64,000 bases of DNA from Candidatus Thorarchaeota archaeon (GCA_003345545.1 PRDH01000015.1:11972-75971), one strand, 5' to 3'; shown: positions 29,327 through 39,126, counted from the first letter of the stretch. Made by a program: numbers and translations. The notes: generated by a model from the sequence alone, not told the origin.

Positions 29327-30246
29327 GATTCTTCCACTTTGATACCAATCCGCTGCCATGCAGGTTCGCTCTTTCGCTGTATGTATTGAAGATGCGTGGC
29401 CAAACCGAATTCTTCTGGCTCATGGCCAAATGCCAAGGCAAGTAGTTCAACAACATGAAGAATATCAAAGGTATACTCCTTTTCGAAGTACTTCTGAATC
29501 TCCACCTGGCCCATATCCAGTTGCAGCTCACAGAATGGACATGGTGTCACAATCATGTCAGCGCCTCCGGCCTCAATCAGACTATCAAACTTCTGCTTTG
29601 TGAATTCGAGGGCGAGCTTCACATCTGCTGTTCTGACTGCGCCACCAGCACCACAACATATCAGCTCATCCTTGTAGGGAACATATTCGGCACCCGAGGT
29701 CTCACAGAGTTCTCGAAATATGTGGGGTCGCTCCGAATCATCTTTCTGTTTGACGCTCTTTGGTCGCATCCAATGACAACCAGGATGTAGAGCCATCCGG
29801 ACCCCCTTTAGTGGCCGCGTGACCTGCTCACGGATTTTCTCCAGACCTGCTATCTTGTACAGGGCATCAACATAGTGCCAGACCTCAATGGTTCCCTTGA
29901 ATTCACGATTTACCTCTGCGAGGTTCTCGTTGACTTTTTCCCTGAGTTCGGCGTCATGTTTCAGTTCATGATTGGCATCCCATAAACTAGCAAAACAGCC
30001 ATTACAACCGGTCGTGATTGGATGGCCACCAGCTTCTGCAATCGTAAGGTTCCGAGCCGCGATTGTCGCCCAAGTCACTCGATCGAATGATCCAAAGACA
30101 CCTGGAGCAGGACAGCAAGTGGCACCTTCCATATCAAGGAGTTCAATGCCAAGATCCTTGAAGACAAGCTTCGCTGCTTTTTCGACACTTGGATATCTAT
30201 GAGGAATGATGCATCCAAGGAAATGGTAGAAGGATTTCTTAGCCAT
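29323..30246 (-). CDS. hdrB: Heterodisulfide reductase subunit B (second copy)
   Basis: FLGC..P.RYP, TCCPAPG, CNGC, HPGCH, CCGAGG, CPFCELQLD. Confidence 0.94.
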   Translation of the reverse strand: MAKKSFYHFLGCIIPHRYPSVEKAAKLVFKDLGIELLDMEGATCCPAPGVFGSFDRVTWATIAARNLTIAEAGGHPITTGCNGCFASLWDANHELKHDAELREKVNENLAEVNREFKGTIEVWHYVDALYKIAGLEKIREQVTRPLKGVRMALHPGCHWMRPKSVKQKDDSERPHIFRELCETSGAEYVPYKDELICCGAGGAVRTADVKLALEFTKQKFDSLIEAGGADMIVTPCPFCELQLDMGQVEIQKYFEKEYTFDILHVVELLALAFGHEPEEFGLATHLQYIQRKSEPAWQRIGIKVEES

Positions 30247-30248
30247 AG

Positions 30249-30794
30249 CTATTTCTCCTCTTTCTCAGCAACGAGCCTGTCAAAACCTGTCTTCTTTGCA
30301 ATCTTGCGTAGCTCCTCGATTGCTTCGGGGTATCTGCTGGCATTGGGTGGAACTCGCTCAAGGCCAACCTTCTCACGTAGGTTTTGCCATGACTCGCTGT
30401 CTAGAGGGACTGCATGACCAGCTTGGAGCACTTTTTGGGCTGTCTTCTGATGCGGGACTAGCATGTAACCCTCGGCAACAGCAATATTCCGAATTGCCTT
30501 GATGACATCAGTCGGTTTCACATCTTGTGGGCAACGATCAGTGCAGGTATAACAAGTAGTGCAGTACCAGAGTTCTTTTGCAGAGATGCACTGCTCCTTG
30601 AGGCCAAGGAGAGCCTTTCGAATAATCCCCCTCACAAGATAGTTAGTTCGTGCTCCGGCAGGACAGCTTCCACTACATGTGCCACACTGGTAGCAGCTCT
30701 GGATGTTGGGACCACCGATCTTCTTGATCATCTGAACGAAGGAGTCATCAGGGAGGTCGATTTCGATTGTGGCTTTTTCCTCAGTACTGGTCAA
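30249..30794 (-). CDS. hdrC: Heterodisulfide reductase subunit C (second copy)
   Basis: CYQCGTCSGSCP and WYCTTCYTCTDRCPQ. Confidence 0.93.
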   Translation of the reverse strand: MTSTEEKATIEIDLPDDSFVQMIKKIGGPNIQSCYQCGTCSGSCPAGARTNYLVRGIIRKALLGLKEQCISAKELWYCTTCYTCTDRCPQDVKPTDVIKAIRNIAVAEGYMLVPHQKTAQKVLQAGHAVPLDSESWQNLREKVGLERVPPNASRYPEAIEELRKIAKKTGFDRLVAEKEEK

Positions 30795-31050
30795 GATAAT
30801 GCACCGACAGGATGGAGGAGGTGATTTTCAGCCTTAAATTCATTACCAAAAGGTCACATTATCTGAGGCCTGTTCATCAGGTCTCTCGAATCAAAGGATT
30901 CCACCGCTACGATGGTGAGGTTGCGGCATGAAAGATAGTATCTCTCGTGGGAGCATAGACAACAATACATTTGATTCAGAATTTCTGGACAACGCTACGG
31001 ATGCATAAGCTAGCGGGCTCAGGGATTCCAAGCTGCGAAACGCTTGGCAT

Positions 31051-31968
31051 TCAGAACCATTTCTTCGCCACATAATAGACAACTAGCGCCATCACGATGC
31101 TTGAAGATAGCAATACCACAATGAAAGTAGCAATGCGATAGTCTATCGGCGCTGTAGTATTGCTTATAGTCGTTGAAGTGTTTGTGGCCACCTCTCCTGC
31201 TATGAACGGAGAGTCGGATCGGTCATACGAGAAATAGATACCATCCGTAGCACGAATCTCCACAATATAGGTGTCAAGCTTGTAGAATTGTGAGCAGTTC
31301 CAGTTGTACCACTTCTCTGTCAATGACGATGCAACTGTTTCAAACGTGAGCCCGAGGTCAGACGAAACCCGAACATCATAGCGAAGAGAGTCATCGACGT
31401 TGATGTCATATGCATACCATCTGATTGTGTTCACGCCAGTCCACTCTTCGCCACCGTTAGGAGAGAGCACAGTGACCGCGGGTACGAAGTAATTGCCGAT
31501 GTACACGTTTTGAAAGACTATGGATAGCACAGTCCCATTTGTCAGCCATACAGTGGAATTAATGAAACATGTAGCATTGTTGCCCAGAGTCTTGGTGTCT
31601 ATGACGAGTGTAGGCGTATCTTGTTCAACTGCAATAGTTGCCGGAATCGCTGGCGCAACTACCTCAAGACGTGATCTGTTCACGACTGATGCACTCCATG
31701 CAGACCGGAGAATCACATGGTCACCAGCAATGACTGAGTCAGATAGGACTGCAATCTCAGTCAGATTAGCAGGTGTATGGTATGTAAGATTCAGTTGAGG
31801 TGAATCAGCAGAGAGCGTGCTTGGATAGAGATCAATTGTAGTTATCAACGAATTCCCGGTATTGGGAGAGAATACCAGCATTGAAGATAGCATCAAGAAA
31901 ACCGAGGCAATTACAAAGCAAAGACGAAACCCATGCGGACTGTTGCTACTTTGAACCTGCTGTTTCAA
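31051..31968 (-). CDS. Secreted or membrane-anchored protein with Ig-like domain
   Basis: N-terminal TM, VLSPNGGEEW..I.W motif, Thr-rich linker, C-terminal TM followed by KKWF. Confidence 0.75.
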   Translation of the reverse strand: MKQQVQSSNSPHGFRLCFVIASVFLMLSSMLVFSPNTGNSLITTIDLYPSTLSADSPQLNLTYHTPANLTEIAVLSDSVIAGDHVILRSAWSASVVNRSRLEVVAPAIPATIAVEQDTPTLVIDTKTLGNNATCFINSTVWLTNGTVLSIVFQNVYIGNYFVPAVTVLSPNGGEEWTGVNTIRWYAYDINVDDSLRYDVRVSSDLGLTFETVASSLTEKWYNWNCSQFYKLDTYIVEIRATDGIYFSYDRSDSPFIAGEVATNTSTTISNTTAPIDYRIATFIVVLLSSSIVMALVVYYVAKKWF

Positions 31969-32447
31969 TCTCCATCACCTTCTGAAAACGGTTGCTCTCT
32001 CCATACCTTCAGGGCTTCATACCATAGCACCACACATACTGATACTAGGATACAAATCAGGGTAGCGGAGTACCAGTCAGCATACCAGATCAACAGAGAA
32101 GCAAAAGCTGCTGTAAGCGACGAGTACAGTGTTGCGTAGAACAGGTATCTTGGTACCAGGAGTCTACCCTTTCCAATGAATTGATTCAATATGCCTACTC
32201 GTACATCTCGTGTTACGCTGTACTGTCCATGAACATCTTTCTCAACAAGGCCGTACTGACGCAGCCGCTCTAGATGGTGCATGGACAGCGATGGGCTTGA
32301 GAGATCAGCCCCACGCTGGATTTCTCTCGCAGTCAGTGGCTCTGGATGCCGAAGCATATACCAGTAGACTGACAGGGTCTTGCCTTTGATCAACTCGGCC
32401 AATTCTTCATCAGTAGGCTCCAATTTGGTCAAGACCCGCGACTCCAA
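31965..32447 (-). CDS. wHTH regulator with two C-terminal TM helices
   Basis: KGKTL.VYWY....P....REIQRG..LSSPSL..HHL.RL...GLVEK, then two hydrophobic helices. Confidence 0.8.
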   Translation of the reverse strand: MESRVLTKLEPTDEELAELIKGKTLSVYWYMLRHPEPLTAREIQRGADLSSPSLSMHHLERLRQYGLVEKDVHGQYSVTRDVRVGILNQFIGKGRLLVPRYLFYATLYSSLTAAFASLLIWYADWYSATLICILVSVCVVLWYEALKVWREQPFSEGDGD

Positions 32448-32637
32448 ATAGTTGATGAAGCTGTGACGGGAAATGACTCTTAAAGCCTGCTAATCAGCTC
32501 TTGACTACGGAGACCTCAAGGCAAGGCTAAAAAGGGGTATTCGTTTTTCATGACCCAAACATAGCACTCCATCGATGTCCAACTAGCGGGCTCTATGGTA
32601 GAATGAGCCTTACTGAACAAACAGGAGAAAGCCATAG

Positions 32638-32991
32638 ATGTCTTCGGTCCCAACACCAGTCACACCAAAACCCCCAAGGACGAGAGAGAGGGTACTAGTC
32701 ATTCTCCAAGAGCAGTGCAAAGAGTGTGGGCTTTGCATAGAGTTCTGCCCCAAGAAAGTCCTGTGTTTTACAGACATCTATAATCGAAAAGGGTACCATC
32801 CTGTCACTGCGTGCGATATTGATGCATGTGTGAACTGCGAGTTCTGTGAGCGAATTTGCCCGGATATGGCTATTTTTCTTGCCGGCCGTGAAGAGGCAAA
32901 GAAGGCGTACAAAGCAGGGGCGCTTGAAGAGGGAACTGTAATCCCGGAGTTCGAGGCAAAGCCAGCAGAGAGGAAGGAGAAGTCAAAGTAG
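32638..32991 (+). CDS. korD: 2-oxoacid:ferredoxin oxidoreductase delta subunit (2x[4Fe-4S])
   Basis: CKECGLCIEFCP and CVNCEFCERICPD; abuts korA. Confidence 0.85.
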   Translation: MSSVPTPVTPKPPRTRERVLVILQEQCKECGLCIEFCPKKVLCFTDIYNRKGYHPVTACDIDACVNCEFCERICPDMAIFLAGREEAKKAYKAGALEEGTVIPEFEAKPAERKEKSK

Positions 32992-34128
32992 ATGCCCGAG
33001 CGTATCATGTTCACAATGGGGGATATTGCATGCGCTGAGGGTGCACTCTGTGCTGGTTGCAGATACTTTGGTGGATATCCAATCACACCTGCCACCGAGA
33101 TTGCAGAATGGATGTCACAGAGAATGCCGCAAGTTGGTGGTGCCTATGTTCAGTATGAAGATGAGATAGCATCCATTACGAGCGTGATAGGTGCGTCATG
33201 GACTGGAGTGAAATCAATGACAGCTACCTCAGGTCCTGGTGTAAGCCTCATGCAAGAAGCAATTGGCCTGGCAGTGATGACTGAAACACCGCTTGTACTC
33301 GTGAACATCATGCGTGGAGGCCCAAGCACAGGACAGCCCACAAGGGGTCAACAGGGCGATGTCATGCAGGCAAAATGGGGAAGCCACGGCGACTATCAAA
33401 TAATCGCTCTCACTCCAGCATCAGTTCAGGAGATGTTCGACCAGACTATTCAGGCATTCAATCTGTCAGAGCGGTATCGAACGCCTGTCTATGTGCTGGC
33501 TGATGAAACCGTGGGCCATATGAGAGAGAAACTAATCATCCCTGATCAAAAAGACATATGGATTGAGAACCGCAAAACACCCACTGTGGAACCATCAGAG
33601 TATCTACCATTCAAAGCAGATGATGACCTCGTGCCGCCAATGGCTCTGTTGGGATCCAAATATCAGTTCTATGCCACCGGCTTGACTCATGATGAAAGAG
33701 GGTATCCAAGTGACAGCGAAGAAGTTCAGATTGAACTCATAACTCGTCTCAGCAACAAGATACTCCGTAATGCGGATAAGATCATTGACGTCGACCGTGT
33801 AGAGCTGGATGATGCCAGAATCGCTGTGATATCATATGGCACGCCAGCACGAAGTGCAAAGAGGGCCATCAAGATCGCTCGCGAGCAGGGTATCAAGGTC
33901 GGGATGCTAAGGCTCAAGACTGTGTGGCCATTCCCTGAAAACGAGGTTGCACAGATTGCCACAGAGGTCGACCATATCATTGTCGCAGAACAGAACCTTG
34001 GACAGGTCTACTATATGGTGAAGGCTGCAGCTGCTTCGACACCAGTTCATCTAATGGCAAAGCCCGCAGGAATGCCGCAGCTTCCTAGCGAGATTCTTGA
34101 CAAAATCAAAGAGATTGATGCGCAATAG
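32992..34128 (+). CDS. korA: 2-oxoglutarate:ferredoxin oxidoreductase alpha subunit
   Basis: GYPITPATE, EDEIAS, ATSGPG, RGGPSTGQPT, HGDY. Confidence 0.9.
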   Translation: MPERIMFTMGDIACAEGALCAGCRYFGGYPITPATEIAEWMSQRMPQVGGAYVQYEDEIASITSVIGASWTGVKSMTATSGPGVSLMQEAIGLAVMTETPLVLVNIMRGGPSTGQPTRGQQGDVMQAKWGSHGDYQIIALTPASVQEMFDQTIQAFNLSERYRTPVYVLADETVGHMREKLIIPDQKDIWIENRKTPTVEPSEYLPFKADDDLVPPMALLGSKYQFYATGLTHDERGYPSDSEEVQIELITRLSNKILRNADKIIDVDRVELDDARIAVISYGTPARSAKRAIKIAREQGIKVGMLRLKTVWPFPENEVAQIATEVDHIIVAEQNLGQVYYMVKAAAASTPVHLMAKPAGMPQLPSEILDKIKEIDAQ

Positions 34129-34196
34129 AGCCAACGGCTATTCTTGGTTCATGATGCTCTACACAGGGAAGAGTTAAGTCAAGAAGACGATGGAGT

Positions 34197-35177
34197 TTGA
34201 TCATGAGGGTCCTAGTGACTGGGTCATTTGGCAACCTCGGAGAGAGCACATTATTGGCACTCTTCGAGAAGGACTATGAAATAAGATGCTTCGATCTATG
34301 TACTAATGCAAGCCAAAAGACACAAGAAAGGTTGGAGAAGAGAGGCGTCTTTGACACAATATGGGGGGATATTCTTGACATAGAAACTGTGAAATCTAGT
34401 GTCGAAGATGTTGACTGCATCATCCACCTAGTGGGAATCATGCCCCCCTTGTCTGAGAGAAGACCAGATCTTGCAAGAGCCATAAACGTTGAGGGAACTC
34501 GAAACATCATCAATGCAGCAGAAACACAGGGCAGATTACCCAAGTTCATCTTTGCAGGATCGGTATCAACATTCGGACCCACGATGCACCTCCAGCCACC
34601 ACGAGCTGCAAAGGATCCATTGGTAGCCACTGATACATACACTGAAACAAAAATCGCCTGCGAAGGGATAGTACGAGCGTGCAGTCTTCCTTGGACAATC
34701 CTGCGAATCACAGCGGCACCACCAACTGTGGTTAGTGCAGACATGAGTGCACTGATGTTCGAGATGCCACTCGACCAACGGATCGAGTTCGTACACTCTC
34801 GGGATGTTGGCCTGGCCTGTGCAAATGCAGTGGAGGCAGAAACATCTGGAAAGACACTTCTAATAGGCGGTGGAAGGTCAAACCAGATGATTCAACGGGA
34901 ATTTATCTCGAGAGTAATGAAGTTGATGGGTCTGGGATTGCCCCCTGAGTCCGCATTCAAAGTGCCAAAGAGGCCCGAGGAATACTATTACACTGATTGG
35001 CTCGATACCGAAGAGTCACAGCGACTTCTGAAATATCAGACTCGAGCATTTGACCAGTATCTCGAAGAGATGAAGTCCATGCTAGGTGTCAAGAGATATG
35101 TTACCAGACTATTCAAGGGACAAGCGATGAAGCAAATACTTGCGGCCTCACCATATTACACGAAGAGCGATGACTGA
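34197..35177 (+). CDS. NAD-dependent epimerase/dehydratase (extended SDR)
   Basis: VLVTGSFGNLG, NVEGTRN, YTETK (YxxxK). Confidence 0.87.
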   Translation: MIMRVLVTGSFGNLGESTLLALFEKDYEIRCFDLCTNASQKTQERLEKRGVFDTIWGDILDIETVKSSVEDVDCIIHLVGIMPPLSERRPDLARAINVEGTRNIINAAETQGRLPKFIFAGSVSTFGPTMHLQPPRAAKDPLVATDTYTETKIACEGIVRACSLPWTILRITAAPPTVVSADMSALMFEMPLDQRIEFVHSRDVGLACANAVEAETSGKTLLIGGGRSNQMIQREFISRVMKLMGLGLPPESAFKVPKRPEEYYYTDWLDTEESQRLLKYQTRAFDQYLEEMKSMLGVKRYVTRLFKGQAMKQILAASPYYTKSDD

Positions 35178-35245
35178 TTCTCTTTGGAGAGAGAACGAGA
35201 GATATCACACGAAATCAAAGGCACGTTCATTCTCATGGCAAAGGA

Positions 35246-35761
35246 CTAGAAAAGCGATTGGCAAATGCTCCGTGCAATCATCTCGAAGGCCTTGTTCACA
35301 TTCTTATCATCTCTGACCGAGGTTTCGATATAGTCCATTCCTAGTTCGCGTGCCATTCTTTGGCCTTCCTCAATAGGGATGACTCTCTCCTCCACAAGGT
35401 CTGTCTTGTTCGCCACAAGTAATGACTTGTATTCCTCCACATTTCGGTCGACTTCTTTTTTCCATTCAATCACATCATGTAGAGTTTCCCATGCAGTGAC
35501 ATCATAGAGGAAAATGACTCCCTGCGTGCCAATGTAGTAGTTTGCCCGTACCCTCTCAAGAAAAGCCTGAGAGCCCAGATCCCAAATCTGGAGATTCACA
35601 AGATTGTTGTCAACCTGCATCTTCTTGTAGGCAAAACCAGTTCCTAGGGTTGGAGAATAGTGTTCCCTGAAGACCCCTGTGGAGTATCGGATGATGATAC
35701 TCGTCTTGCCTACTGATGCGGATCCAACGGTGACTACCTTGAGAAGATAAGTTGGACTCAT
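35246..35761 (-). CDS. Rab-like small GTPase
   Basis: G1 GSASVGKT, G2 YSPTLG, G3 LQIWDLGSQ, G4 NKTD, G5 ETSVR. Confidence 0.93.
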   Translation of the reverse strand: MSPTYLLKVVTVGSASVGKTSIIIRYSTGVFREHYSPTLGTGFAYKKMQVDNNLVNLQIWDLGSQAFLERVRANYYIGTQGVIFLYDVTAWETLHDVIEWKKEVDRNVEEYKSLLVANKTDLVEERVIPIEEGQRMARELGMDYIETSVRDDKNVNKAFEMIARSICQSLF

Positions 35762-35865
35762 ACTTAATCATCCCACGAATCTCAGGGACCTATTGTCGTG
35801 TAAATCAGATAACGGTTACCATGACATATGAACTCGTCGAATGAACATACAGAGCAGCTGTAATC

Positions 35866-37467
35866 CTAGTACGTGATGGTTGTAGGGATAGATGTGATGG
35901 TCTTAGGAATAGTGATACCGAGTTGTAATGACAGTATCAGCAGAGTCAACTTCGCGGCCGCTCCCAGTTTGGAGTACTCCAACATCAAACGCTTCAGGCT
36001 CTCATTCTTTTGCCACTTCACCCAATAATCAGGAGGTATATCCATCAGCGGCACTCCGGATGCCGCACAGATTCTACTGATACGCTCTGTCCCATAGATG
36101 GCCTGACCCCTTGTGACAAGGGTGAAGATCATCTCTTCTGTAGCATCATCACCTGCCGGTGTTAACGACCCGGTCTTGATTGTTCTAATCTGAGACCGAC
36201 CATGGCTGCTCAGTTGCTCTAACCAGAGGGAGTACTCCTCAAATCCTCGCATATCAAATGGAGCAAACCGACTGACTATGCGTTCTCTGAAGGCATTAGT
36301 AAGGGCAATAGCAAAGGATTCAAGGTTCCTAGGGTCAAGAGCCGCCGCAAACTGTGCCAGGATTTTCATCCATTCACCAAAGAGGAGCATGAGCCTTCGG
36401 TTGTTGAGGCCTTCGAGGATTTTGATGTCGAAATCAACAGACCAATGGTTGTCTGCAAAACGAAGTTGCCCCAGGGTTTCGGGGGTCTCACTCGCATTCA
36501 TAACAGAGGTCAGAGCTTTAGTGGCATCTCCTACCGGGTAGCATTCCTCAGCCACACGTAGCGATATCTCAAGAACCTCCTTTGCCAGGAGAATACGTCT
36601 CTTCTCGGGAGAGAGAGCCTCAATCACCCCAGTTTCAAGAAGATAGTCCAGCGCCCTAAGTATCTCTCGCTCATCGTATGAGGCGCCGAGCTCACCAAGT
36701 ATCTCTCTGACAGTTCGTCGGCCGTCCATCAGACCTGCAATACGGGGGATTACAACAAGCATCTCTGGATGTAGGTTGCGCAATGCTTCGGTTTCTCGAG
36801 ATGTCGCCTGCACATACCGAAAGAACTCAGTCCGAGCCGAAACGAAATCATTGAAGCTCAGTGTGTTACGAAAGCGAATGACGCGATATGCCCATAACTT
36901 GGATATCTCAAGGAATAGGTCTCTCTTTGATAGTCCACTCACTTCCAGTATCTCCTTCATGTTTCGGGATCCGTTGATTAGCGGCACGAGAGTACCACTG
37001 GACGTGACAATTGTGTTCGGGTCAACTGTGAAGTATGGTACCCATGAATCGGGAAGGTCATCAAAGGAGAGCTTCATCATCACGCTTTCGCCAAAGGGCT
37101 CCAAGTAGGCCTCTGCAAAGGACACATCATTATCATAGAGTTGCGTTTTTGGAAGCCATTTCTGTTCAAATTCAGTCAGCAGCGAATTGAGTACACGAAT
37201 GACCTCTGTGTTAAGACTCTGCACGCCAACAGCTACCATGTGCACATTCTCGCCATTCAATACTGTAAAAACGTGAGCCCCATAATCTACGTGGAAGACA
37301 GGTGCACTCTGCTGAAACACTTCTTTTGAGAACATGTCGATGGCAGTGAAGAAGCTTGATGCGAGAATAGGATTCATACCAAAGGCACGAGGATCAAGTT
37401 GCATGTAGAAACGAGGATTGCTGTTCTTGTCTGTTATTAGGATGGCTTCAATCACGTGTCCAGGCAT
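35866..37467 (-). CDS. Longin-domain plus tandem winged-helix protein, NPRL2 (GATOR1)-like
   Basis: N-terminal longin pattern (LASSFFTAIDMFSKEV...L..LL.EFEQKW), VPYFTVD linker, two (I/M)(N/D)G.R...EI wHTH units. Confidence 0.7.
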   Translation of the reverse strand: MPGHVIEAILITDKNSNPRFYMQLDPRAFGMNPILASSFFTAIDMFSKEVFQQSAPVFHVDYGAHVFTVLNGENVHMVAVGVQSLNTEVIRVLNSLLTEFEQKWLPKTQLYDNDVSFAEAYLEPFGESVMMKLSFDDLPDSWVPYFTVDPNTIVTSSGTLVPLINGSRNMKEILEVSGLSKRDLFLEISKLWAYRVIRFRNTLSFNDFVSARTEFFRYVQATSRETEALRNLHPEMLVVIPRIAGLMDGRRTVREILGELGASYDEREILRALDYLLETGVIEALSPEKRRILLAKEVLEISLRVAEECYPVGDATKALTSVMNASETPETLGQLRFADNHWSVDFDIKILEGLNNRRLMLLFGEWMKILAQFAAALDPRNLESFAIALTNAFRERIVSRFAPFDMRGFEEYSLWLEQLSSHGRSQIRTIKTGSLTPAGDDATEEMIFTLVTRGQAIYGTERISRICAASGVPLMDIPPDYWVKWQKNESLKRLMLEYSKLGAAAKLTLLILSLQLGITIPKTITSIPTTITY

Positions 37468-37670
37468 CTTGACGCACTATCTTTGATGATGGTAGGTTTT
37501 GATGAATATTAGCCTTCTTTGGAGAGACAATAGGTAGGTATCTCACGACTTCATTGAGAGCGGTCAGTGCATTTTATCATGACTGACTATTCGAATATGA
37601 CTCGACTCGTCGACCACATCAACAAGCCTTTTATCATATTGACAGTCGAAACTTGATGAGAGTACCCTCC

Positions 37671-38516
37671 ATGACTGAAGCAGTGCGTGTCTTGAAGCAT
37701 CCGATGGCCAAGTACATTCGAACTGATAGAACTCCATTCATCTATTGCCCGGGCTGCTCTGTCGGGATTGTATCAGGCATGCTCGCAAGAGCAATTGATA
37801 ATCTTGGCATCGATTTTACCAAGGTCGTAGTGGTTTCAGGCGTTGGATGTACAGGAAGAACCTCAGGGTACTTCAAGACGGGGACATACCATACAACTCA
37901 TGGAAGGGCAATAGCTTTCGCAGAAGGCGTGAAAATAGCTAATCCTGAACTCAGCGTCATTGTTGTCAGTGGGGATGGGGATGTTGCAGCTATTGGCGGT
38001 AATCATCTCATTCATGCGTGTCGTAGGAATATTGACATAACTGTCATCTGCATCAACAACTTCAATTACGGCATGACAGGAGGGCAGTTTGGCCCAACAA
38101 CTGAGCACGAACGATTCTCTCAGACGAGCCCAGCTCCGATTGGCAACATAGAGCATCCATTCAACTTAGTGAAGCTAGCAGCATCATCTGGTGCGACCTT
38201 TGTGGCGAGATGGACAGCAATCCAAGTTCGAAGAGCAACAAAGTCAATGGAGAAGGCAATCAAGAGGAAGGGTTTTTCATTCGTCGAAATAATCGGAGCC
38301 TGCCCCACAGCCTATGGTAGAATGAACCGATTGGGTGACGGTCTGGCCATGCATAAGCATCTACTGGAGGTCGCCGAGATTCAGAATGGTCTGCCACCTC
38401 ATGAGGCAGAGCTTGACTATGCTCGTAGAATTGTATGTGGTGAGTTTGTGGACATTGAAAAGCCGGAGTACACCGCTGTTCTAGAAGAAGCGCATCGTCG
38501 AGCCAAGGGTGAATGA
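37671..38516 (+). CDS. korB: 2-oxoglutarate:ferredoxin oxidoreductase beta subunit
   Basis: YCPGC, SGVGC, HGRA, GDGD..AIGGNH, NNFNYGMTGGQ TPP-binding motifs. Confidence 0.9.
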   Translation: MTEAVRVLKHPMAKYIRTDRTPFIYCPGCSVGIVSGMLARAIDNLGIDFTKVVVVSGVGCTGRTSGYFKTGTYHTTHGRAIAFAEGVKIANPELSVIVVSGDGDVAAIGGNHLIHACRRNIDITVICINNFNYGMTGGQFGPTTEHERFSQTSPAPIGNIEHPFNLVKLAASSGATFVARWTAIQVRRATKSMEKAIKRKGFSFVEIIGACPTAYGRMNRLGDGLAMHKHLLEVAEIQNGLPPHEAELDYARRIVCGEFVDIEKPEYTAVLEEAHRRAKGE

Positions 38517-39078
38517 TTTGAGCAGATACGAGATACGAATCGCAGGCTTTGGTGGTCAAGGTGTGGTCACAATGGCTGTGGTGGTCGGAGAAACCGCTGC
38601 ACTGAATGACAATAAGTACGTCGTGCAGACCCAGTCATATGGACCGGAAGCCCGTGGCGGTGCGAGCAAGAGCGAGATAGTCATCTCTGATGAAGAAATT
38701 GACTACCCAAAGGTCATGGCACCTGATGTGTTTGTGGCGTTGAGTAGAGCTGCCTACCTAGAATACATCCACGGTCTAAAAGAGGATGGAGTTCTTATCA
38801 TAGATGAAGACATGGTGGGCGTGGAGGGCAAGCTTCCCAAAGGAGTGAAGGTCTACAAGATACCTGCAACAAAGATTGCAGACAAGGAAGTAGGTAACAA
38901 ACAAGCGACAAATATGGTGATGCTAGGAGCCTTTACCGTCATCACGAGAGCATTGTCAATTGGGGGGCTGAGGGCCAGAATCGAAGAGAAGTGGCCGAAA
39001 TTCCTCAAGACGAACATGCTCGCATTGGAACTGGGCATAAGAGCGGGCGAAGAGGCCTTGGCCAAGAACGATGACTGA
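38509..39078 (+). CDS. korC: 2-oxoacid:ferredoxin oxidoreductase gamma subunit
   Basis: IAGFGGQGV, QSYGPEARGGAS, NMVMLGA. Confidence 0.9.
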   Translation: MNDLSRYEIRIAGFGGQGVVTMAVVVGETAALNDNKYVVQTQSYGPEARGGASKSEIVISDEEIDYPKVMAPDVFVALSRAAYLEYIHGLKEDGVLIIDEDMVGVEGKLPKGVKVYKIPATKIADKEVGNKQATNMVMLGAFTVITRALSIGGLRARIEEKWPKFLKTNMLALELGIRAGEEALAKNDD

Positions 39079-39126
39079 GTGACACATGGGTCGCTGCTAC
39101 TAAGGTATGCTTAGAAATAGGATACG

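Noticed and set aside
10836-30794. Methanogenesis inferred from hdr genes
   Set aside because: No mcr or mtr in the window, and Hdr complexes are widespread in non-methanogens.
35246-35265. CaaX prenylation signal on the GTPase
   Set aside because: The C-terminus is ICQSLF, with Cys fifth from the end inside the last helix and no hypervariable tail.
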